Shown: positions 1-10,566 of the stretch, one piece after another
Layout: every line of letters starts with the position of its first letter
How positions within the stretch are numbered: the stretch's first letter is position 1
IMG/VR virus record: IMGVR_UViG_3300042291_000228
Span: 38,329-102,328 of that record
Direction: 5' to 3' (one strand)
Length of the DNA: 64,000 bases
Origin: a virus
Made by a program: the position numbers and the translations under genes
Notes under the pieces: generated by a model
What the model saw: only the letters and a program-made list of their open reading frames with translations
What the model was told of the DNA's origin: nothing
The model's database searches: none

Positions 1-1
1 G

Positions 2-61
2 AAAAATTCCACTGCAATCAGCAATTTTATTTTACAAAAGACAACGTTCATACCAGAATAA
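2..61 (+). CDS. 3' end of an upstream (probably baseplate/structural) gene, truncated by the window edge
   Basis: Open frame KNSTAISNFILQKTTFIPE* ending at TAA 59-61, directly before the structural cluster. Confidence 0.45.
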   Translation, partial: KNSTAISNFILQKTTFIPE

Positions 62-68
62 ATACACT

Positions 69-731
69 ATGAATAATAATTTCAACGAGCTCAATATGCC
101 CAACGAACAAAAACAACCAGAAAAAACTCCCAACGAAAGTGGTGGATTCCACGTCGAAGGCCACATAAAAATATTTGATCCCAAAACTGGAGAAGTATTC
201 CAAGATAAACGCAATGCCATTCATTATGAAAATATGAGTGTTGCAATGGTTAGTAGCCTAAGCAACCAAGGGCAGGGCTGGATTTATCAAATGGTTTTTG
301 GCAACGGTGGAACCACAGTAGATCCAACTGGGCTGATTAGTTATCTAACCCCAAACACTGTGGGAGTTAATACTAGTCTGTATAATCAAACCTATGCTAA
401 GATAGTGGATAAAAATGCTACAGAAAATACAGATCCTATTAGAAATAAAATGGAAATTAGGCATATAAGTGGTTCTACTTACAGTGACATTATTATTAGT
501 TGTTTGTTAGATTACGGTGAACCAGACGGACAGGATGCATTTGACAACAGTCAAGATATGAGTGGCAATTTTGTTTTTGATGAACTAGGTCTACGGTCTT
601 ACAGCGACACGGGTACAGGCAAATTATTAACTCACGTGATCTTTCACCCTGTTCAAAAATCTCTAAACAGGCTATTACAAATTGATTATACGATTCGTGT
701 ACAGAGTTTAACTGGATTCACAGAGGTTTAA
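69..731 (+). CDS. Virion structural protein, baseplate/tail-fibre attachment type
   Basis: 220 aa with FVFDELGL...LLTHVIFHPVQKSLNR pattern; TAAATA at 59-64; heads the fibre cluster. Confidence 0.6.
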   Translation: MNNNFNELNMPNEQKQPEKTPNESGGFHVEGHIKIFDPKTGEVFQDKRNAIHYENMSVAMVSSLSNQGQGWIYQMVFGNGGTTVDPTGLISYLTPNTVGVNTSLYNQTYAKIVDKNATENTDPIRNKMEIRHISGSTYSDIIISCLLDYGEPDGQDAFDNSQDMSGNFVFDELGLRSYSDTGTGKLLTHVIFHPVQKSLNRLLQIDYTIRVQSLTGFTEV

Positions 732-734
732 TAA

Positions 735-2816
735 ATGCCATATATTGTAAATTTTACCGATAATGAAAATAAGACCCCAATCACGGTCTATGATAACACC
801 TCAAACACAGATACCAGTTTGACATTTCCAGGCAGAAATGTTACTGGCTATGGTCAAACTATTGGTCAAAATTTCCTAGCTCTGTTAGAAAATTTTGCAG
901 GCCCGTCTGAACCAGTTAATCCTATTGAAGGTCAGTTATGGTTTGATACCAACACAAGAACACTACAAATCTTTGATGGTGTTGCTTGGAAAGCAGCCAG
1001 TGACATTCAAAAAAGTGTTGTAGCTCCCTCTGTTGAACAAAGCAAAGTTGGCGAACTTTGGGTAGATACTGTAAATCAGCAACTATATGTTTTTTCAGGC
1101 ACAGACTGGATTTTAGTCGGACCTAATTTTTCAACAGGACTGTTAAGTGGTCCCTTAGTCGAACAGATCATAGATACTAATAACGACACTAAAGTAGTTT
1201 TAACTTTTTATGTAGAAGATAAACCAGTTGTAATTATCAGCAAAGATAGTTTTACTCCAAAAAATTCTATTACAGGATTCCTTGCAATTAGATCAGGAGT
1301 GAACATATCGGCCACAACTGATCTTGGATTAGGAGGATTTGCTCCCAAGCTGTACGGAACAGCTACATCAGCAGATGGATTAAATGTCGGCGGTGTAGTA
1401 ATCGATAGTGGTAAATTCCTCAGATCGGATATTACCAATACTACTGAATTTGGATTAAACATAAGAAATAATTCAGGAATTAATATCGGAGTAGATAGTT
1501 CATTTAATCTTTCTAACTCAGCCACTGCTGCTAAAATTTATAATTCTTCAGCAGGCAGCAGTATTGATATTCAATTGAATTCTGACGGTATACCTAACAC
1601 AGTATTAAGAGTAATTGATAATAAAGTTGGAGTGAATAATCTCAGTCCACAAGAATCGCTGGACGTAATTGGTAATACTAAGATTAGTGGAAACCTAGTT
1701 GTTGATAGCACAGTGGCTACTAGCAATCTCAGTAACGGCTCAATTAGAACTGCTGGAGGACTAGCAGTAACTAAAAATGCATTAATCGGAACAACTTTAG
1801 AAGTAGTTGGAACCACAACCACACGTAATATTGATCCAGCATTGAATGATACTTTTGAATTTGGTAGTGTTACTAAACGTTGGAAAACAATTAGAGCACA
1901 GACTATTATTGCAGAAACCGTAGAAGGAGTTCTAGGAGGAGACATCAGCGGTAATGCTGTAACTGCTACTAGTTTACAAAATACCACAGCATTCTCTATT
2001 ACAGGAGATATAGCGTCAACAGCTCCAGTAACCTTTAACGGTAGCACGGGTGGCTACACAAAAACATTTAATACAACACTTTCTTCTTCTATTATCAGTA
2101 GCAAAGCAGAACCTAGTCCTAACAGATCCAAAACAGATGATTTTGTTTTGGTTTTTAGATCAAGTACCAGCGGATTGCTTAAACAATCTAGAGATACTTT
2201 TATAGCTGATTTAGGATTGCCAATTGGTGCTATTCTGCCTTATGCAGGTTCTAGTGCTCCTTATGGATTTTTGTTCTGCGACGGCGGCGAAGTAGAAAGA
2301 GGAAAATTTTCTGATTTGTATGATATTATTGGCACAACCTACAACGGTGTTGATCCGTTAGTCGGAGTCAATACTTTTAGAATTCCCGATCTAAGAGGTA
2401 GATTTGCCCTAGGAAGAGATAATATGGACAACGGTATCACAGTGCCTAACAGTACTGGTGGATATGTAGAAGGCGGTGGCGGAATAGCAGGAAGAGTATC
2501 TGGAACTGAACCTCAAAACGTCGGACAATCCAGCGGCACATCGACTCAAACACTGTTGGTTAGGAATCTTCCAGATCATGAACACGATATGGTGGGTAGT
2601 ACCGGTGGCCAATATGCTGCTGTAAAATTAGACTCTGCCTTGCCAACTGATTTCGGAGCATTTTTAGATGCAGGCCCGACGGCATCAGGTAAATTTAATT
2701 ATCTTCCAAATTCGGGGGGTATCAAAACCACTAGTCCGTTAAGTGACGCATTTTCATTAATGAATCCGTTTCTAACTATAAACTACATTATTAGGTCAGG
2801 ACCACCTGCATTCTAA
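735..2816 (+). CDS. Tail fibre protein with C-terminal phage tail collar domain
   Basis: Collar motif PIGAILPYAGSSAPYGFLFCDG...LYDIIGTTY...FRIPDLRGRF and terminal NPFLTINYIIR; N-terminal domain shared with the next three genes. Confidence 0.85.
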   Translation: MPYIVNFTDNENKTPITVYDNTSNTDTSLTFPGRNVTGYGQTIGQNFLALLENFAGPSEPVNPIEGQLWFDTNTRTLQIFDGVAWKAASDIQKSVVAPSVEQSKVGELWVDTVNQQLYVFSGTDWILVGPNFSTGLLSGPLVEQIIDTNNDTKVVLTFYVEDKPVVIISKDSFTPKNSITGFLAIRSGVNISATTDLGLGGFAPKLYGTATSADGLNVGGVVIDSGKFLRSDITNTTEFGLNIRNNSGINIGVDSSFNLSNSATAAKIYNSSAGSSIDIQLNSDGIPNTVLRVIDNKVGVNNLSPQESLDVIGNTKISGNLVVDSTVATSNLSNGSIRTAGGLAVTKNALIGTTLEVVGTTTTRNIDPALNDTFEFGSVTKRWKTIRAQTIIAETVEGVLGGDISGNAVTATSLQNTTAFSITGDIASTAPVTFNGSTGGYTKTFNTTLSSSIISSKAEPSPNRSKTDDFVLVFRSSTSGLLKQSRDTFIADLGLPIGAILPYAGSSAPYGFLFCDGGEVERGKFSDLYDIIGTTYNGVDPLVGVNTFRIPDLRGRFALGRDNMDNGITVPNSTGGYVEGGGGIAGRVSGTEPQNVGQSSGTSTQTLLVRNLPDHEHDMVGSTGGQYAAVKLDSALPTDFGAFLDAGPTASGKFNYLPNSGGIKTTSPLSDAFSLMNPFLTINYIIRSGPPAF

Positions 2817-2826
2817 AGGATAAAAA

Positions 2827-4653
2827 ATGGCGTATTCGATTAATAAAACAGACGGAACACTATTAGCTACTGTAGCTGACGGTCAGGTTGATGACTTAAC
2901 AACTGACATTACCTTGATAGGAAAAAATTACAGCGGCTTTGGTGAATCGTTAAATGAAAATTTTATAAAACTTTTAGAAAATTTTGCAAGCACCAGTAGA
3001 CCCGAAAACCCAATTAGAGGTCAGATATGGTTCGATGCCGGCGAAGCAAAACTAAAAGTTTACACAGGTACAGGATTTGTTCCAGTAAGCTCGGCTAGTA
3101 TTTCGAATTCTCAGCCTGCTCAACCAGGTGCTGGCGATCTATGGTTTAACAACATCAGTAAACAACTATATTTCTATGATGGTACTGGATTTATTTTACT
3201 TGGCCCTGCCTACTCTCAAGCACAGGGACTTAGTGGATTTAAAGTTGAAACTATTTTAGATTCTCTAAATGCATCCCGTGTTGTAACTTACTTATACAAC
3301 AATGGAATTTTGCTAGGAATATTTGCCAAAGACACATTTACACCTAAATTAAACATCGAAGGTTTTAGCGGAAGTATTGTTCCTGGATTTAATGCCGGAA
3401 TACTAGTAGGCATGAAATTTAATGTTACCGCAACCAACGCAGATCAACTCGACACTGTTATTGCATCTCTTTATGCCCGTCGCGACCAAGCAAATAATTT
3501 TGCAGAACCATTAATTATTACCAACAACAGCGGACTTAATGTGGGAGCTGGTACTGAAGGGGCATTCAATGTTGCCGCTGGCAATGTAAGATTATACAAC
3601 ACAGCTTCAAATAAGAATCTTAGTTTTGCTGTACAAAAGGGAGTTGTTAGTGAAACAGCAGTTAATATTATCGCTCCAACTAGAGAAGTAAAAATTTATG
3701 ACGGATTCACAGACAGTTTAACCACAGTGGGCGGTAGTCTTACAGTGGTAGGCGATCTTGTGGTTCAAGGAAACACAACTACTATCAATACCAGTGTGCT
3801 GACAATTGAAGACAAAAATATCGTGTTGGCCGCCACAGGTGACAGTTCAGCAGGAACTGATGTAAATGCAGACGGCGGGGGAATTATTCTTAGAGGAGAT
3901 AGTGACCATGAATTTTTGTGGAACGGCCCTCAAACTTCATGGGATAGCACTGAACACATCAATCTAGTTACAGGTAAAGCATTTAAGATTAATGGTAACG
4001 CTGTTATAAATGCAACACAATGTTTTTCTAGTAATTTTCCTAATTTAAACAATGTAGGAACTTTGCTACAGTTGTCAGTAGACAATATTTTTATAGACAA
4101 TCAAAGAATATCTACCACAAGTTCTAACGATCTAGAACTAGCACCAGATGGTAGTGGAAATATTGTATTAATTGGTTCTCCGTTGCTGACAGGATTGATT
4201 ACTACTAGTCAAAATTCACCTGTACAAACCACTGAAAATACTGGATCAATTGGCACTGCATTGGGTGCTACTGAATTATCTGAAGCTACAAACAAGAAAT
4301 ATGTTTTGAATGTGGTAAGAACTCGATCGCTAGTATTCAGTATAGATATATCAGATTTTCCAACAGATGGCGACATTGCTATAATTTTAACAAGTTTAGC
4401 TCCTGTAAACGAATACGAAAACGGCACATTAGCTAGGATTTTGTGTACAAGACTGTCAAATATAAGTTCTACTGCTACTACCAGTCTCGGAGCGCCATCT
4501 ACTGCTGAATTTGTTACTCCAACAGGTACTGCATTTGCTATAACAAATCAAACAATTGTAAGTCCTATTACTATTGGTGCACAACCTATCAGCGTTTTTA
4601 GAACTGTTAAAACTTTTATACTACAGGCAGGTGTCTGGACATTTAGCTCTTAA
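2827..4653 (+). CDS. Tail fibre/baseplate protein (paralogue 2)
   Basis: Shared N-terminal domain LIGKNYSGFGESLNENFIKLLENFA...GQIWFD; beta-rich G/T/S/N body. Confidence 0.75.
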   Translation: MAYSINKTDGTLLATVADGQVDDLTTDITLIGKNYSGFGESLNENFIKLLENFASTSRPENPIRGQIWFDAGEAKLKVYTGTGFVPVSSASISNSQPAQPGAGDLWFNNISKQLYFYDGTGFILLGPAYSQAQGLSGFKVETILDSLNASRVVTYLYNNGILLGIFAKDTFTPKLNIEGFSGSIVPGFNAGILVGMKFNVTATNADQLDTVIASLYARRDQANNFAEPLIITNNSGLNVGAGTEGAFNVAAGNVRLYNTASNKNLSFAVQKGVVSETAVNIIAPTREVKIYDGFTDSLTTVGGSLTVVGDLVVQGNTTTINTSVLTIEDKNIVLAATGDSSAGTDVNADGGGIILRGDSDHEFLWNGPQTSWDSTEHINLVTGKAFKINGNAVINATQCFSSNFPNLNNVGTLLQLSVDNIFIDNQRISTTSSNDLELAPDGSGNIVLIGSPLLTGLITTSQNSPVQTTENTGSIGTALGATELSEATNKKYVLNVVRTRSLVFSIDISDFPTDGDIAIILTSLAPVNEYENGTLARILCTRLSNISSTATTSLGAPSTAEFVTPTGTAFAITNQTIVSPITIGAQPISVFRTVKTFILQAGVWTFSS

Positions 4654-4677
4654 GTTAAATACATAAGGAGCGAATCA

Positions 4678-6489
4678 ATGCCATACATCATAAACAAATA
4701 TAACGGGTCAGAACTTGTTGTTCTTCAAGACGGAACTTTAGATACTTCTACAAGTATTGGTTTACTTGGTAGAAATTATGTGGGCTACGGTGAAGTACAG
4801 AACGAAAATTTTCTATTTCTTTTAGAAAATTTTGCTGGAACAAATCCTCCTGCTCGTGCTGTAGAAGGGCAAACCTGGTACGACAGCGTCAACAACAAAT
4901 TAAATACCTATGATGGAACCAATTGGGTGCCTGTTGGGGCTGCTACTTCTTCAGAAAATGCACCATCCGGCCCAACTGAAGGTGCTCTTTGGTTTAAAAT
5001 ATCAACCAAACAATTGTATGTTTATTCCACTATATCAGGATGGATACTTGTAGGACCTGAGGGAGTATCTGGTTTTGGTGAAACAAGAATCAAAGCAGCA
5101 ATTTTAAGAGATATTAACAGTGTTAATCATGCAGTATTATTAGTATTAGTTAATGATGAAGTATTGTCTATCCACAGTTCAGATACTTTTACAATCAATA
5201 CTTTAGATGCTATTACGGGTTTTAATGAGTTACAAAAAGGTGTTACACTATCAACAAACACACTTATCTCTGGTAACCTTTTAGGCAATTCGACTACCGC
5301 TACTAGATTGCAGACTGGTAGATTTATCAATGGTGCATACTTTGACGGTAATAATGATATTACTATTACTGCTAATACGGCTGCTATCCTTACTAGGGGT
5401 ACATATTTAACAGGCAGTAATTTCAACGGTAGTGCCGCTGTTACTTGGGAAGTAGATGCATCGTCAACTAACACTATAGGTAAGGTAGTTGCTAGAGATA
5501 GCACAGGTAGTTTTGCCGGCGGAACAATAACAGCAGATCAATTTATTGGTCCATTAACAGGTAATGTTACTGCAATATCTGGCACCAGCACATTTTATAG
5601 TCTTGTAGCCAACAATATACAGGGTTTTACTTTTAGCGGACTTGCATCACAAGCCAGTACATTGGCGCCAGGAAGAGCCATTAATGGAGTACAGTTTAAC
5701 GGATCACAAGACATCACGGTCACAGCCTCTGCCAGTACTTTAAGTGGAGCAACGTTGGCTTCTGGAATAGTAAATTCTTCATTGACATCTGTGGGAACAT
5801 TGACAGGAGTTTCAGTTACGGATGCAGGAGCAACCATAGGAGATGCAGGAGAAATACATTTGTTTATAAATGGCAACTCTCCTACCCTGGCTATTACCAA
5901 CGGTCTAGGATTTGCCATCACTATCAATGATGCATTTCAAACTGGAGATGAAGCAAGTTTTGAATTTATCTCAAGTTCAGTAGCTCTAGCAAACGGTGGC
6001 ACATCAGATCCTACTTTTGTAGGAGATGCTAATAGTAAATGTAATATAGGACTACCAGGACGAACGTTTGGCAGTGTATACGCAGACGTTTTTAACGGCG
6101 TTGCTACCAGCGCACAATATGCTGACTTAGCCGAAAATTACACAGCAGATGCAGAATATGTTCCGGGTACAGTGTTAGAATTTGGCGGAGAATTTGAAGT
6201 TACACTTGCACAAGACGGTACTAACAGAGTAGCAGGAGTTGTCACCACAAATCCTGCTTATTTGATGAACAGTAACTGTCAAGGAACATATGTGGCAGCA
6301 GTGGCGTTACAAGGAAGAACACCTTGTAAAGTTAAAGGACCTATAAGAAAAGGTGATATGTTAATTAGCGGAGAAAACGGTTTCGCTAGAACTACTCAAA
6401 CCCCACAAATAGGTACTGTAATAGGCAAAGCACTTGGTGATTTTGATGGCACAGAAGGCGTAATCGAAGTCGCAGTGGGTAGATTATAA
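4678..6489 (+). CDS. Tail fibre protein with C-terminal Peptidase_G2-like intramolecular chaperone
   Basis: Shared N-domain; INGxxFxGxxDIT fibre repeats; C-terminal SAQYADLAENY...GVVTTNPAYLMN...ALQGRTPCKV. Confidence 0.8.
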   Translation: MPYIINKYNGSELVVLQDGTLDTSTSIGLLGRNYVGYGEVQNENFLFLLENFAGTNPPARAVEGQTWYDSVNNKLNTYDGTNWVPVGAATSSENAPSGPTEGALWFKISTKQLYVYSTISGWILVGPEGVSGFGETRIKAAILRDINSVNHAVLLVLVNDEVLSIHSSDTFTINTLDAITGFNELQKGVTLSTNTLISGNLLGNSTTATRLQTGRFINGAYFDGNNDITITANTAAILTRGTYLTGSNFNGSAAVTWEVDASSTNTIGKVVARDSTGSFAGGTITADQFIGPLTGNVTAISGTSTFYSLVANNIQGFTFSGLASQASTLAPGRAINGVQFNGSQDITVTASASTLSGATLASGIVNSSLTSVGTLTGVSVTDAGATIGDAGEIHLFINGNSPTLAITNGLGFAITINDAFQTGDEASFEFISSSVALANGGTSDPTFVGDANSKCNIGLPGRTFGSVYADVFNGVATSAQYADLAENYTADAEYVPGTVLEFGGEFEVTLAQDGTNRVAGVVTTNPAYLMNSNCQGTYVAAVALQGRTPCKVKGPIRKGDMLISGENGFARTTQTPQIGTVIGKALGDFDGTEGVIEVAVGRL

Positions 6490-6533
6490 TAAATCTACTC
6501 AGATAAATAATAGAATAAAATTGGAGTAGATTG

Positions 6534-8282
6534 ATGGCATATCAAGTAGACAGATTTAATGGCACGTTTTTAGTCTCAGTAGAAGACGGTACCATTGATA
6601 CCACTACTGATCTACGCTTCTTAGGTAAAAATTACGCAGGCTATGGCGAAGTACAGAACGAAAATTTCTTACACCTTTTAGAGAATTTTGCCAATACTTC
6701 TGCTCCACCAAGAGCTGTGTTAGGTCAAGTTTGGTACGACAGTGCAAATAAAAAGATTAAATTTTATGATGGATCTAGATTTAGAACATCTGGCGGATCT
6801 GAAGTTAGTGCAACGGCTCCCTCTGGGCTTGTTGCAGGAGATTTTTGGCTAGACACTACCACTGAACAACTGTATGTATCTAATGGTACATCCTTTGTGT
6901 TAGTAGGACCTCAAATAGCAGAAGATCCCGGTGCTACTGCTGTAGAAGTTGTGGTAGTAAAAGACGTTAGTAATGTAAATCACACAATTATTAAATTTAC
7001 TGTTAGCAGCGATACGCAATATATAATGAGTAAGACTGCATTTACATTAAACCCTTCAGTAAATCCTATTACTGGTTTTAGTGAAATCAAGAAAGGTCTT
7101 ACTTTAATTAATACTCCGTCAACAGGAGTAACCACAGATGATCATATTCATTGGGGTACAGCATCTAATGCAGCTAAACTAGGTGGATTTGCTGCCAGCG
7201 AATATCTTAGAAATACCAATGCACTATTTCCAAATGGTGCAAAATTTTATGACGTTGGCTACACCTTAGGTGACACTGATGATTTAAAAGTATTTGTCGA
7301 ATCCGGCGATAGTCCAATAATTTCTAATCAATTAGGATCTTCTGGGTCTCAAACAATTACGATGAGAATTGTTACATCCGGCGGCGATAGAGACTATGTG
7401 TTTGGTGCAGATGCTATCTATCCAGCAGCAAACAATGCAAGAAATCTAGGTGCTACATCTGCAAGATGGGCCACAGTATTTGCCACTACATTTAATGGAG
7501 CATTAACTGGTAATGTAACCGGCAATGTTACAGGAAATGTAACTGGAAATGTCACTGGTGCAGTCAACGGATCGTTAACTGGTAATATAATTTCGTCCAC
7601 AGGAGTCACTGTATTGAATTCTGGCTCCGGCCCAGGCACAGCGGTATATGTGGGATCAGTCAACGGAACTGCCAGTAACGCTTTGCAATTAAACAGTAAA
7701 ATTCAAGACGCTGCTGCCGTTGCTGATACTATTGCTCTGCGAGATGCTAGCGGTAATCTAGTGGCCAATCAATTCACTGGAACGGCTACCCAGGCAAACA
7801 CATTGTTGTGGAGCGGATCGTATAGAACAGCAGCTAGTACTTCGACAGCTAACACCGTTGTGATTAGAGATGCAAGTTCTAACATTTACTGTAATGTTTT
7901 AAATGGAACTGCTACCTCAGCACAGTATGCTGACCTTGCAGAAAAATATCTAGCAGATCAAGAATACGATACCGGAACGGTAGTAGTTGTAGGCGGAGAA
8001 AAAGAAGTCACTGCCAGCACCTGGGGTAAACGTGCCATTGGAGTAGTCAGTGCTAATCCTGCATTTATGATGAATCGAGATCTAGAAGGCGGCACTTACA
8101 TTGCCCTTAAAGGCCGAGTTCCAGTAAAAATAATAGGATCAGTTAAAAAGGGAGACAATCTAATAGCAGCTAATGACGGTTGTGCTTCTGTAGCAGTTCA
8201 CCATTCTAGTGAAGCGTTTGCAGTTGCATTAGAATCTAATAGCGATACAAGTGTAAAACTTGTTGAAGCTGTAATATTGTAA
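6534..8282 (+). CDS. Tail fibre protein with C-terminal Peptidase_G2-like intramolecular chaperone
   Basis: Shared N-domain; TGNV repeats; SAQYADLAEKY...ALKGRVPVK; GGAG RBS before ATG 6534. Confidence 0.8.
   Translation: MAYQVDRFNGTFLVSVEDGTIDTTTDLRFLGKNYAGYGEVQNENFLHLLENFANTSAPPRAVLGQVWYDSANKKIKFYDGSRFRTSGGSEVSATAPSGLVAGDFWLDTTTEQLYVSNGTSFVLVGPQIAEDPGATAVEVVVVKDVSNVNHTIIKFTVSSDTQYIMSKTAFTLNPSVNPITGFSEIKKGLTLINTPSTGVTTDDHIHWGTASNAAKLGGFAASEYLRNTNALFPNGAKFYDVGYTLGDTDDLKVFVESGDSPIISNQLGSSGSQTITMRIVTSGGDRDYVFGADAIYPAANNARNLGATSARWATVFATTFNGALTGNVTGNVTGNVTGNVTGAVNGSLTGNIISSTGVTVLNSGSGPGTAVYVGSVNGTASNALQLNSKIQDAAAVADTIALRDASGNLVANQFTGTATQANTLLWSGSYRTAASTSTANTVVIRDASSNIYCNVLNGTATSAQYADLAEKYLADQEYDTGTVVVVGGEKEVTASTWGKRAIGVVSANPAFMMNRDLEGGTYIALKGRVPVKIIGSVKKGDNLIAANDGCASVAVHHSSEAFAVALESNSDTSVKLVEAVIL
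7506..7559 (+). repeat. Degenerate 12-nt coding tandem repeat (TGNV x4 plus TG)
   Basis: ACT GGT AAT GTA ACC GGC AAT GTT ACA GGA AAT GTA ACT GGA AAT GTC ACT GGT. Confidence 0.85.
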
Positions 8283-8291
8283 GGATTTAAA

Positions 8292-9203
8292 ATGGCTGCA
8301 GGTACAGGATTAATAATTGAAGCAGTAGACTATAATTCAATAAGAACAAAAATTATTAGTATTATGGGAACAGGAGCCGGCCAATCAGGCTACGGCCAAA
8401 CACTGCTGAGTTCACCTGTAGCCCTTGGCAATACAGTGACAAAAGCACAATGGGACAATTTGAGATTTGATATATTCAATGCTAGGCTTCATCAAGATGG
8501 ATTATCGCCAACAATTGTTACTGCCACTTCAGGTCAACCTGTGCGATACGGTGCAGGACATCCCAACAATCAATACAACACTCAAGCAGACACCGCAATT
8601 GCAAATAAATTTAACATAGGCACAGGCCAATTTGTTATTGAGTCAGCTACGTCAGCTACTCGAACTACAGCATGGAATTCCAGTCTTACAGCAACAGTAA
8701 CAGTAACATTCGGCACCGCTGATCAAGCTCGTTATTTCTTTAACAGCGGCAGCAAAATAAGATGCTCAAGTTCTAGAATAGGCGGCTCAGCAAGTCCACA
8801 GAATTCTTCGTGGTCAAACGTATTAGATTCTGCCGGTACAGTAGCATTTGGTGGAAATACCGCAGGATTAAATTTTTATAATTTAACAAATAGCTATCAA
8901 ACATTTTTTAACTTGACCTCTAGTGCTCCGTATTCAGCAAATCAATATAGAATTGAAGTAGTATCAAATATAGCCGATAATACAATAGGTGGTGCTACTA
9001 CTTTAACTTTTAGAGTTACATATTCTGATACATATACATACACTGGCACCGGTAGTCCAAGTATTCCGGATAATGTTGACGGCACTTTAACTCTCACAGT
9101 AGATGAACTAAGAGCATCTGGTACATTACAACCGTTAGGCACCGGCCCATTTGTTATAACAAGCCCTACTAGCTACTCCATATCTGGCATATCTGGCTCT
9201 TAA
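8292..9203 (+). CDS. Virion structural protein (tail-associated, paralogue A)
   Basis: 303 aa, S/T/G-rich; strongly similar to the next ORF (GYGQ...WDxLRxDIxNARxHQDG...FFNSG). Confidence 0.65.
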   Translation: MAAGTGLIIEAVDYNSIRTKIISIMGTGAGQSGYGQTLLSSPVALGNTVTKAQWDNLRFDIFNARLHQDGLSPTIVTATSGQPVRYGAGHPNNQYNTQADTAIANKFNIGTGQFVIESATSATRTTAWNSSLTATVTVTFGTADQARYFFNSGSKIRCSSSRIGGSASPQNSSWSNVLDSAGTVAFGGNTAGLNFYNLTNSYQTFFNLTSSAPYSANQYRIEVVSNIADNTIGGATTLTFRVTYSDTYTYTGTGSPSIPDNVDGTLTLTVDELRASGTLQPLGTGPFVITSPTSYSISGISGS

Positions 9204-9209
9204 CTCCCG

Positions 9210-9217
9210 TATAAATA
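9210..9217 (+). promoter_or_regulatory. T4-type late promoter TATAAATA
   Basis: Exact T4 late consensus in a short intergenic gap. The core TAAATA also precedes genes at +59, +4656, +6504, +56075 and on the - strand at 19479, 20212, 38229, 40125, 44544, 44946, 48848, 50275, 53139, 56022, 62331. Confidence 0.75.
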
Positions 9218-9244
9218 GTCTTATGAAAAGGATTAAGGACTACC

Positions 9245-10159
9245 ATGGCGGTTAATGACATTATTACAATTGCAGACTATAGTACATTAAGGTCTTCTGC
9301 AATTTCGATCATCGGTAACGGCTCTGCTACTTTTGGTTACGGCCAATCAATACAAAGTGTTGAAAAAATAGCACACGAAAAAATTAGTCAGACTGATTGG
9401 GATTTACTTCGATACGACATCGTTAATGCTCGAACACATCAAGATGGAGTAGCGCCAACAATTACCGATATTAACGAAGGTCAGATTCTTTCTTTTACCA
9501 ATAATGCACAGTACAGCGGCCTTGCCTCAACTGCGGTATCAAATAGATTCAACATAGGCTCGGGTAGATTTTTAACAGAAAGTGCAGTGAGTTCTACTAG
9601 ATCTACATCATGGAATACTTTAGTGGTGTGTGAAGTCACAGCAACTTTTGCTAATGCCGATCTATGCCGTTGGTTTTTCAACAGTGGCGGTCAGATTAGA
9701 ATTCAATCTTCACGAACTGGCGGAACTAGTAATGCTCAAAATAATGATTGGTCTAGTTTAACTACTGCCGCTGGGATGCAGGCATTTGGCAGTCAAACTC
9801 CATCTGCCGGATTTAGTCCAATGAATGGTCAAAATTTTTATAGATTAACTAATTCTTATCAAAATTTCTATTCCTTGTCTTCATCTGCACCGTATTCTGC
9901 AAACAGTTATAATTTAGATGCCAAGTGCGATGTTGCAAATAATTCTAGTGGAACAGCTACTACTGTGTTTATTCGAGTTAGATTTGTTGACAATTATACT
10001 GATCCAGGGCCGGATGGTCCACCTTTCACCGGTGATGATGTTGACGGGACACTAACAGTCACCGTTACTGAAAAAAGAGCCACAGGACCTTTAGTTCCAT
10101 CCGGAACTTTTACCATCACTAGACCTACATATTCAATTACTGCAATCGGCGGAACATAA
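9245..10159 (+). CDS. Virion structural protein (tail-associated, paralogue B)
   Basis: Paralogue of 8292..9203. Confidence 0.65.
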   Translation: MAVNDIITIADYSTLRSSAISIIGNGSATFGYGQSIQSVEKIAHEKISQTDWDLLRYDIVNARTHQDGVAPTITDINEGQILSFTNNAQYSGLASTAVSNRFNIGSGRFLTESAVSSTRSTSWNTLVVCEVTATFANADLCRWFFNSGGQIRIQSSRTGGTSNAQNNDWSSLTTAAGMQAFGSQTPSAGFSPMNGQNFYRLTNSYQNFYSLSSSAPYSANSYNLDAKCDVANNSSGTATTVFIRVRFVDNYTDPGPDGPPFTGDDVDGTLTVTVTEKRATGPLVPSGTFTITRPTYSITAIGGT

Positions 10160-10181
10160 TTTTTCATCAATAACAGCAGCA

Positions 10182-10189
10182 TATAAATA
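10182..10189 (+). promoter_or_regulatory. T4-type late promoter TATAAATA, embedded in a 7-bp inverted repeat
   Basis: agcatat-aaata-atatgct (10178-10196) upstream of the glycosyltransferase cluster. Confidence 0.7.
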
Positions 10190-10209
10190 ATATGCTACTA
10201 TAACTGAGG

Positions 10210-10566
10210 ATGATTATGGACGACCGTTTACAAACCGCATTGGATTTTTCAAAGTACCGTCAAACACTTGCAATACAAAGAAAGCTTCTAAAAGAAAAAT
10301 TACAAACTAAATTAACATATGGTACCGCCGGCGGTATTTTTCATATTGACAGATCTTTAATTTCTTTTGTACAATTATGTATTGACCTGGGAAGAGTTTC
10401 TAATATACCGTTAATTGACAGCAATGAAAATCCTGTTCTGATTGACGATCTAGTTCAATTTCGAGATGAAATTTTTGATAGATATTTCTCGGCTAGTTTT
10501 CAATATATGAGCGAATATGATGCTATTAAAAAAAGCAGAACGGTTGAAAAATTAGTAGATTTATGA
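10210..10566 (+). CDS. Hypothetical protein, first gene of the GT cluster
   Basis: 118 aa; GAGG RBS; overlaps the next start (ATGA). Confidence 0.7.
   Translation: MIMDDRLQTALDFSKYRQTLAIQRKLLKEKLQTKLTYGTAGGIFHIDRSLISFVQLCIDLGRVSNIPLIDSNENPVLIDDLVQFRDEIFDRYFSASFQYMSEYDAIKKSRTVEKLVDL

Noticed and set aside
7506-7559. Tandem repeat as a CRISPR array or DGR element
   Set aside because: Degenerate at third codon positions; an ordinary TGNV fibre repeat with no spacers, and no reverse transcriptase in the window.
6100-8282. Similar C-termini of two fibres as a DGR template/variable repeat pair
   Set aside because: Differences are general synonymous and non-synonymous divergence rather than adenine-specific; these are paralogous chaperone domains.
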